Position numbers and translations under genes: made by a program. DNA of 32,400 nt, from the NCBI GenBank assembly GCA_018818185.1, contig JAHISL010000025.1, positions 1 to 32,400 of the forward strand, read 5' to 3'. The notes beneath the pieces were generated by a model, which did not search any database, was not told the origin of the DNA, and saw only the letters and a list, made by a program, of their open reading frames with translations. Origin of the DNA: Patescibacteria group bacterium (GTDB taxonomy: Bacteria; Patescibacteriota; Microgenomatia; UBA12405). Of the stretch, positions 25,960-32,400 are shown piece after piece (position 1 is the first letter of the stretch; the number at the start of each line of letters is the position of its first letter).

Positions 25960-28215
25960 ATGTCTGATATTGCTTCGCTTTGGAAAATTTTAGAAATCCG
26001 TCTACCTCAAGAAAACGAGTTCACTCCCGAGTCCATGTCTTCTCTTCTAAGCAACTTTGTCCAAATGAGCCACAAATCATTTTTCAACCGTATCTTTGGC
26101 AAAAAAACAACCATCACCTCCTTAGAAATCGTTCTTCTCGATGGACAAATTCATTTCTATGTCACCATTCCCGCCGCCAATTTCGAGTTTTTTCGTGCTC
26201 AAATCCTCGCCCAATACCCCACCGCCATCACCAAAGAATCAAAAGACTATTTAGATAGATTAGTGGATAAAAGCGGAGTAAACAATTTTTCGGAGCACAG
26301 CGAACGCGAAGGCGTAGCCAAGCCCGTAGGTAGCGAGCACCGCAAAAATTCGTTTACAAACGAATTATCCATGAGCCAATTAACTCTTGCCCGTCCCTAT
26401 ACCTACCCCCTCAAAACCAACCGTGATTTTCGTGACACCGACCCCCTGGCCTCAGTTCTTTCTCCCCTGGCTCGCTCCGCCCAATCCCAAGATTTTTTTG
26501 TTTACCAAATTCTCCTTTCCGCCCCTCCAAAAAATTGGCAATCGTCAATTATCTCCGTCATTCAAAACGGCATTGTTGTCGACAAGGAAAAAGGTTTTCG
26601 CCAAGCCCATCCCGACAAACAAGTTTTCGAAACCAAAATTCAATACCCTGGTCTATTAACCCAGATAAATCTTCTTAGTAACAACCCTTCGCTATTAAAC
26701 TCCATTTCTTCCTCTTTTGGTATCTACACCTCCCCCAGAGGCAACTTTATCAAGCCCTCTTCCCCCTCCTTTCTATACAAAAGAAACCTCAAAAAATCAA
26801 TTTTTCATCGATCTTTTTTACCCGGTCTTTCGACACAAATTTTGAATGTTGAGGAACTTTCTGCTCTTTGGCATTTTCCCACCTCGCTCACCAAGCTCCC
26901 CAACATCGCCTGGGGCAAAAATCTTTTCTCTGACCCTCCCGAAAACCTTCCTGCCGCTACTAATCTCGACGACGCCGCCAAGGAGAAAATCACCTTTTTT
27001 GCCAAAACCGAATTTCATAATCAAGATACCATCTTTGGCATCAAAGAAGGTGAGGATCGCCGCCGCCACACCTACATTATCGGAAAATCTGGTACCGGAA
27101 AAACCACCCTCATTGCCAACATGGCCATCGACGATATTCGTAAAGGTCGAGGTGTCGCCGTTATCGATCCACATGGCGATTTGTGCAACACTATTCTCGA
27201 CTACATTCCCGCCTCTCGTATCAATGATTGTTGTTATTTCAATCCTGCAGATCCAGATTATGTTTATCCTCTCAATGTCCTTGAAGCCCAAAACGAGTCT
27301 CAAAAAGAGCTTGTTGCCTCTGGCGTCATCTCAATTTTTAAGAAACTTTACGGCAATGTCTCCTGGGGACCCCGTCTAGAACACATTCTTCGCAATGCAG
27401 TTTTAACCCTCGTCAATACACCTGGCTCAGATCTAACTCATGTTGTTGAAATATTAACTCACAAAGAATATCGTAATCAGGTTGTCGCCGGCCTCAAAAA
27501 CCAAACCCTAAAAAATTTCTGGATTAATGAATATGACCGGATGGATGCCAAATTCCAAAATGAAGCTATTTCTCCCATTCTCAACAAAGTTGGTCAGTTT
27601 ATTTCCTCCACCAATATTAGAAACACCATTGCCCACCCCAAATCAAAGATTCGTATCGAAGACATTATGAACGAGAAGAAAATCCTTATCGCCGATCTTT
27701 CCACCGGAAAATTAGGTGAAGATAACTCTGCTCTTCTCGGCGCCATGTTAATTACTCAAATCCAGCTTTCTGCTATGAACCGCGTTTTCCAAGGCGAGTC
27801 AGAACGTTCTGATTTTTATCTTTATGTCGACGAATTCCAAAACTTTGCCACCGAAGCCTTCATCAAAATCCTCTCTGAAGCTCGGAAATTTAAACTAAAC
27901 CTTATTGTCGCCAATCAATATATGGCCCAGCTTGATCGTCCTATCCAAGATGCTCTATTTGGAAACGTTGGCTCCCTCCTCTCCTTTGTCGTCGGCAATC
28001 AAGATGCTTATCTTCTCAGCAAAGAATTTGGCCCAAAATTCCCCCCCGAAGACCTAGTAAAAATTGGAAAATACCAGATTATTTGCAAACTTAGTATCGA
28101 TTCCGAAACCCAAAATCCTTTTTACGCCACCACTCTCTCACCTCTTTCCTGTAAAAACCAGGGTCGCGACAAACTAATTCGCACTTCCCAAGAACGTTGG
28201 GGTAAAGTAAAATAG
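25960..28215 (+). CDS. VirB4/TraG-TrwB (HerA/DUF87)-like P-loop ATPase
   Basis: HTYIIGKSGTGKT (Walker A), VIDPHGD, LYVDEFQN (Walker B), SEARKF, ANQY..QL. Confidence 0.9.
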   Translation: MSDIASLWKILEIRLPQENEFTPESMSSLLSNFVQMSHKSFFNRIFGKKTTITSLEIVLLDGQIHFYVTIPAANFEFFRAQILAQYPTAITKESKDYLDRLVDKSGVNNFSEHSEREGVAKPVGSEHRKNSFTNELSMSQLTLARPYTYPLKTNRDFRDTDPLASVLSPLARSAQSQDFFVYQILLSAPPKNWQSSIISVIQNGIVVDKEKGFRQAHPDKQVFETKIQYPGLLTQINLLSNNPSLLNSISSSFGIYTSPRGNFIKPSSPSFLYKRNLKKSIFHRSFLPGLSTQILNVEELSALWHFPTSLTKLPNIAWGKNLFSDPPENLPAATNLDDAAKEKITFFAKTEFHNQDTIFGIKEGEDRRRHTYIIGKSGTGKTTLIANMAIDDIRKGRGVAVIDPHGDLCNTILDYIPASRINDCCYFNPADPDYVYPLNVLEAQNESQKELVASGVISIFKKLYGNVSWGPRLEHILRNAVLTLVNTPGSDLTHVVEILTHKEYRNQVVAGLKNQTLKNFWINEYDRMDAKFQNEAISPILNKVGQFISSTNIRNTIAHPKSKIRIEDIMNEKKILIADLSTGKLGEDNSALLGAMLITQIQLSAMNRVFQGESERSDFYLYVDEFQNFATEAFIKILSEARKFKLNLIVANQYMAQLDRPIQDALFGNVGSLLSFVVGNQDAYLLSKEFGPKFPPEDLVKIGKYQIICKLSIDSETQNPFYATTLSPLSCKNQGRDKLIRTSQERWGKVK
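26264..26371. repeat. 108-bp palindromic element inserted in frame within the ATPase gene
   Basis: Nested inverted repeats tggataa/ttatcca, gtaaac/gtttac, aattttt/aaaaatt, cgg/ccg; G-rich within a C-rich gene. Confidence 0.6.
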
Positions 28216-28218
28216 CTA

Positions 28219-28713
28219 ATGCCAGACACAGAACCTGTTAATATCGTCAACGAACTTAGACAAGAAGTAAAAACGGAAGAAACACTTAGAAAAAGGCATC
28301 AATTTAACGCCGTTGCCAATGCCTCCGCCGTCGTTGAACAACATGTAAATAAAATAAATGTCGCCTCCAAAGTTGAATGTGCCTTTTGGGGACTATATTC
28401 ATACCTAGAGTCAATTTACCCCAACCAAACCCTAGAGCAAATCGAAGACAAAGCAAGTCAGATACTCACATTCGATAGATCAGAAGACCCAGAACTTTTT
28501 TTTCAACAACAATCGATAATTCGACAACATCCCAATTCATCCATCATCGGTATCACCGCCCACATTCTCACACAACAAAAAAGAACCAATGAAATTAACC
28601 CCAAAATCCTAAATCCTTCACCAGAAATGCTTAAAAACTTCAAAAAAAGTCTCGGCGAACCAAACCCTGAACTAGTCGGCAAAGCCCTCGACCTCGCAAC
28701 TCACGATAATTAA
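28219..28713 (+). CDS. Hypothetical protein
   Basis: 164 aa, starts 3 nt after the ATPase stop. Confidence 0.65.
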   Translation: MPDTEPVNIVNELRQEVKTEETLRKRHQFNAVANASAVVEQHVNKINVASKVECAFWGLYSYLESIYPNQTLEQIEDKASQILTFDRSEDPELFFQQQSIIRQHPNSSIIGITAHILTQQKRTNEINPKILNPSPEMLKNFKKSLGEPNPELVGKALDLATHDN

Positions 28714-28818
28714 CCTCAAACTCCTTATTCTAACCTTTTTGTGCTCAAGATCACAGCTATTGAATTAGATATCTCACTCTTGCTACACTCATCCATTACT
28801 TATTTCTTATATATAAGT

Positions 28819-29016
28819 ATGGCCTTATCGATAGTAGAAGCATTACAAAGAATTTATCAAACAGGTGGATACATCGTCGATAGTAAAGAAGCATGTCAGG
28901 ACTGCACCTCTCAACCAGCATGTCGTCAAGTTTCAAGAACTGAACACACTAAAATTTCTCCCGGATCCCCAACCTGTCAAAGAGTAACCTCTGCAGAGGC
29001 AGAATCTCGAAAGTAA
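28819..29016 (+). CDS. Small Cys-rich protein
   Basis: CQDC...C...C; likely start at the ATG at 28819. Confidence 0.5.
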   Translation: MALSIVEALQRIYQTGGYIVDSKEACQDCTSQPACRQVSRTEHTKISPGSPTCQRVTSAEAESRK

Positions 29017-29075
29017 TCTTGCCACTCCCTCAATCCATTTCCACCCTCGCTTTGATTTTAAGTTCAATTTGCCCC

Positions 29076-29104
29076 TTGACAGCATTATAAGACAGTCCTA
29101 TAGT
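29076..29104 (+). promoter_or_regulatory. Sigma70-type promoter
   Basis: TTGACA-17-TATAGT. Confidence 0.7.
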
Positions 29105-29136
29105 TATATTAATTAAACATTATTTATTAAAATAAA

Positions 29137-29304
29137 ATGTCAAAAGAAACTATAGGACATAAACCAACCGATACAGCCAATATGCCCGAATTAAGGCGAG
29201 ATATTATAGAAGCTAGATTCATTCCTCGACTTAATCAAGCCGACTCCATGCTCAATCAGGCTACATACGGTAAAGTAGACTTTATTGCTTCTATCTTAGC
29301 TTAA
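29137..29304 (+). CDS. Small protein, 55 aa (not in the ORF track)
   Basis: MSKETIGHKPTDTANMPELRRDIIEARFIPRLNQADSMLNQATYGKVDFIASILA; follows the promoter and an A/T-rich leader. Confidence 0.55.
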   Translation: MSKETIGHKPTDTANMPELRRDIIEARFIPRLNQADSMLNQATYGKVDFIASILA

Positions 29305-29333
29305 ATATTATTCATTAACCCATAACAAAACAT

Positions 29334-29474
29334 ATGTCTAAAGAACAATCATTTTTTTACAAAGAAACACCAGCAGGCCGAAATAATCTTCGTGACGAAT
29401 TTGGTCAAGCCTACACTCCTGACCCTATCACCCCCGTCCAATCTCGCCAATCCCTAATTATTAAAGAAAAATAA
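29334..29474 (+). CDS. Small protein, 46 aa (not in the ORF track)
   Basis: MSKEQSFFYKETPAGRNNLRDEFGQAYTPDPITPVQSRQSLIIKEK. Confidence 0.5.
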   Translation: MSKEQSFFYKETPAGRNNLRDEFGQAYTPDPITPVQSRQSLIIKEK

Positions 29475-29478
29475 ACCT

Positions 29479-29730
29479 ATGCCTCCCAGAACCAGTCAAG
29501 AACAGCTTAGACAAAGAACAGAGAAAAGAAGTAATCGTTTTCCCGCTCAGCCTCAAACTCAAGCCGAAACTCCGGTTGCCAGGCATGAACGCATTGAGGA
29601 AAACCTCCTCAAAATTCCAACTCACATGGCATCTGAACCAAAACCCATCGGAGATGTTACCTTTCTTGATGTTCGCCAAAGAGCTGGTACTTCAAAAGGA
29701 AAACGACCAACACCACCAAAACGTCCTTAA
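29479..29730 (+). CDS. Small disordered hypothetical protein
   Basis: 83 aa, starts 4 nt after the previous stop; abuts the topA stop. Confidence 0.55.
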   Translation: MPPRTSQEQLRQRTEKRSNRFPAQPQTQAETPVARHERIEENLLKIPTHMASEPKPIGDVTFLDVRQRAGTSKGKRPTPPKRP

Positions 29731-31707
29731 CTACGGCTTTTTCCAGCTAGCCCACTTACATTTCGGGTAATCACTACATCCAAAAAACTTTTTTCCACTC
29801 TTCGTTTTCTTAATTACCCCTTCCTTTCCACATTCCGGACAGGCAAATCCCGCCATTTCCCTAAACGGTGCCGTATATTTACAATCTGGGAACAAAGAAC
29901 AGGATATAAATTTTCCAAATCTCCCCACCCTAATCACCAAATCCCCTTCTTTACATAAGGGGCACTTTTCCCCTGTTTTTTCCACCGCCACCTTAACTCT
30001 TTCCGCGTGATCTTCCACATTTTTCAACTCTTTTTCAAAACCCTTCCAAAAATCCTTCATCATTTTTCTCCAATCTGCCTTCCCCAAAGCCACCTTATCC
30101 AAATCTGTTTCCATCTCTGCTGTAAAAGGCAATGACAAAACCTTGGGAAAATTCTTTGTTAAAAACTCATTCGCCGCTATACCTAAGCTCGTCGGTTTAA
30201 ACCTACCCTCTTCTCGATCCACGTACTGTCGATTGATAATCGTTGAAATAATCGGTGCATATGTCGACGGTCTACCAATTCCTTGTTTTTCCATCGCCGC
30301 CACCAAGGAAGCATCAGAATACCTCGGCATCGGATTTGTTTCGGTTTCCGTTACATTAATTTTCTTCGCTGCAATTTTCTCATCAACTTTTAGTTCTGGC
30401 AACAATTGATCCTCATGTTTTTCACCTGAAATTCGGTAAAAACCATCAAAGACAACCCTTAAACCATTGGCTTTAAATAATGCTTCATTATTAATCAGCT
30501 CCACACTATTACTCTCCATCTTGGCCACTGCCCCCTGAGTTGCCACTGCCCTCTTCCAAATCAATTGATACAGTTTCAGTTCTTTGCTGTCCAGATTTCT
30601 AGGTTCCACCTCTGCCACCTTAGTTGGTCTAATTGCCTCGTGTGCCTCTTGGGCATTTTTAGAATTATTTTTATATACCCGAACAGTAGGCGATAAATAC
30701 TCACTACCATATTCCTTTTCAATAAAATTTCTAAATTCTCCCACTGCCTTATCCGATAAATACACCGAATCAGTTCGGTGATAGGTAATCAAGCCTTGTT
30801 CATATAATCTCTGAGCCAAAGTCATTGTTTGTTTACCCGACCAACCAAAACGCCTCGCTCCGGCTTGTTGCAACTTCGAGGTTGTATACGCCGGTAAAGG
30901 TGATCGACTCACTTCTCTCACATTCACCCTTGCTACTGTGAATTCTTTTTCCAAAGAATCAGTAAATTTTTTTGCCTGTTCCTTCGTCGAAAATAGAGAC
31001 TTTGAGTAGCTATATTCACCATCAAACAAGTTGACCTTAGTACTTTCAATAAAATTTTTGCCCTTTATTTTTTGTAATTCAGCCTCAAAATTTTCTCCTT
31101 TTTTGAAACTAGCCCCAATCCTGAAAAATTTCTCTCGGGAAAATGCTTCAATCTCTCTTTCTCTTTCACATATTAATCTCACCGCCACAGATTGCACCCT
31201 TCCTGCCGACAAACCACGACGAACCTTTCTCCACAAAACTGGCGACAAGGAATACCCCACCACTCGGTCCAAAACCCTTCTTCCTTGTTGGGCATTAACC
31301 AAATCCATATCGATCTTTTTTGCCTTACCCAAAGCCTCTTCTACAGCTTCCTTGGTAATTTCGTGAAACACCACTCGTGAAATTTTATTCTCATCAACCT
31401 TTTTCTTTTGCCCTTCAGTCAAAAGCCATTTTACATGCCAAGCAATTGCCTCTCCTTCGCGGTCAGGGTCGGAAGCCAAATAAATTTCATTTGCCCCTGC
31501 CGATAATTTTCCCAATTCAGACACCACCGCTTTCTTTTTTGGATCAATTACATAATCAACCGTAAATTTTTTTAAATCAACTCCCATCTTACTACTCGGC
31601 AAATCTCGAAAATGTCCCACCGTCGCCATCACCTCAAAACCACTCCCCAAATATTTAGAAATAGTTCTCGCCTTAGTTGGCGATTCCACAATTAATAGCT
31701 TTTTCAT
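29731..31707 (-). CDS. topA: DNA topoisomerase I (type IA)
   Basis: LLIVESPTKA, ASDPDREGE, SAGRVQS, GLITYHRTDS (catalytic Tyr), EAHEAIRP, GIGRPSTY, two Zn ribbons; start MKKLLIV at 31707. Confidence 0.97.
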   Translation of the reverse strand: MKKLLIVESPTKARTISKYLGSGFEVMATVGHFRDLPSSKMGVDLKKFTVDYVIDPKKKAVVSELGKLSAGANEIYLASDPDREGEAIAWHVKWLLTEGQKKKVDENKISRVVFHEITKEAVEEALGKAKKIDMDLVNAQQGRRVLDRVVGYSLSPVLWRKVRRGLSAGRVQSVAVRLICEREREIEAFSREKFFRIGASFKKGENFEAELQKIKGKNFIESTKVNLFDGEYSYSKSLFSTKEQAKKFTDSLEKEFTVARVNVREVSRSPLPAYTTSKLQQAGARRFGWSGKQTMTLAQRLYEQGLITYHRTDSVYLSDKAVGEFRNFIEKEYGSEYLSPTVRVYKNNSKNAQEAHEAIRPTKVAEVEPRNLDSKELKLYQLIWKRAVATQGAVAKMESNSVELINNEALFKANGLRVVFDGFYRISGEKHEDQLLPELKVDEKIAAKKINVTETETNPMPRYSDASLVAAMEKQGIGRPSTYAPIISTIINRQYVDREEGRFKPTSLGIAANEFLTKNFPKVLSLPFTAEMETDLDKVALGKADWRKMMKDFWKGFEKELKNVEDHAERVKVAVEKTGEKCPLCKEGDLVIRVGRFGKFISCSLFPDCKYTAPFREMAGFACPECGKEGVIKKTKSGKKFFGCSDYPKCKWASWKKP

Positions 31708-31775
31708 AAAATACAGTCTACACCCTTTATAATTGCCTATTGTAACATTACCCCTCTGCTTGTCCGTCCAGAGCT

Positions 31776-32207
31776 TTAACCAAGGTAAGTCAGGTCGTCC
31801 ACCTCCAGCAAAGGTGTCGCCCCCTGTTTTATCAACCAATTTGTTGCCCAACTTCCCTCATCAGTTATTCTCCCAGGTACACAAAAAACATTCTTCCCTT
31901 TATCAATAAAATTCTCTGCCAAAAGAATTGTCCCACTTCTTTCACCACCTTCAATTATCACCAATAAATCGGAATATTCAGCGATTTTATCATTAAGTAT
32001 CTGAAAATTATTTCCCTCAAAAACTCGGCATCTTATCTTTAATTCCTGACATTTTTTAAAAATTTCACTATTACAACCAGACACCCTAATTGTCACAATT
32101 TCCAAATCCATAACTCTTAATTCATAATTCTTAGTTAACAATTTATTTATTACCTCTTTTCCGTAATTACTCATTTTTCTACTTCCCACCACCGCCACCT
32201 TTTTCAT
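31776..32207 (-). CDS. dprA: DprA/Smf-like protein, markedly shortened
   Basis: VAVVGSR..S.YG; SGT, VFCVPGRI, TNWLIKQGA; conserved position upstream of topA. Confidence 0.75.
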   Translation of the reverse strand: MKKVAVVGSRKMSNYGKEVINKLLTKNYELRVMDLEIVTIRVSGCNSEIFKKCQELKIRCRVFEGNNFQILNDKIAEYSDLLVIIEGGERSGTILLAENFIDKGKNVFCVPGRITDEGSWATNWLIKQGATPLLEVDDLTYLG

Positions 32208-32400
32208 CAACGCACCTCCCCTTCCACATATCTTGGTACTAAAGTTTCCGGCTCATTAAACCATTCCTTCAAAATATCCCCCACAATTGGAGCTGCCACA
32301 TCACTTCCCTCTCCTCCTCTTTCAACCAACACCGTTATCGAAATCTGCGGACTATCTGCCGGGGCAAAAGCCGTCAACCAGGCATGAGTATCATGACTAC
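32207..32400 (-). CDS. mrdA: Penicillin-binding protein 2, C-terminal end (truncated by window)
   Basis: HAWLTAFAPADSPQISITVLVERGGEGSDVAAPIV...EGEVR*; TGATG overlap with dprA. Confidence 0.85.
   Translation of the reverse strand, partial: SHDTHAWLTAFAPADSPQISITVLVERGGEGSDVAAPIVGDILKEWFNEPETLVPRYVEGEVR

Noticed and set aside
24890-29094. Shared 11-mer ATTATAAGACA in two promoter regions (24890-24900 minus; 29084-29094 plus)
   Set aside because: An AT-rich 11-mer at different offsets from the -10; chance matches of this length are expected.
656-31565. Numerous short ORFs nested antisense or out of frame within long genes
   Set aside because: No motifs; composition mirrors the real gene on the other strand or frame.
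31708-31851. 48-aa N-terminal extension of TopA
   Set aside because: It overlaps the dprA end; the TOPRIM domain begins at MKKLLIVES and a -10-like hexamer sits 7 nt before that ATG.
1-32400. CRISPR array, rRNA, DGR template/variable repeats
   Set aside because: No regularly spaced repeats, rRNA motifs or ~100-bp near-duplicates with adenine-specific mismatches were seen by eye.

Overview
Low-GC bacterial chromosomal window with strong strand skew (+ strand C-rich). The gene content suggests a Patescibacteria/CPR (Microgenomates-like) host; this is inference, not a database result. Core-like genes lie at the ends: Zn-ribbon protein, Erm-like methyltransferase and HAD on the left; VirB4/TraG-like ATPase, topA, a shortened dprA and the mrdA 3' end on the right. 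The middle holds a ~6 kb integrative element at the 3' end of tRNA-Asn(GTT). It carries a large serine recombinase whose C-terminus is cut by its own att site, candidate anti-phage genes and a lone terminase-small-subunit-like gene, with an older NUDIX-bearing remnant beside it. The most unusual signal is a non-coding RNA-like scaffold present twice on the minus strand (about 20278-20936 and 24217-24821): a boxA-like motif, a perfect 14-16 bp long-range stem, a long hairpin, unrelated small ORFs, a G/C hairpin and an A-rich tract. Many genes appear leaderless. All protein calls come from motif recognition by eye.
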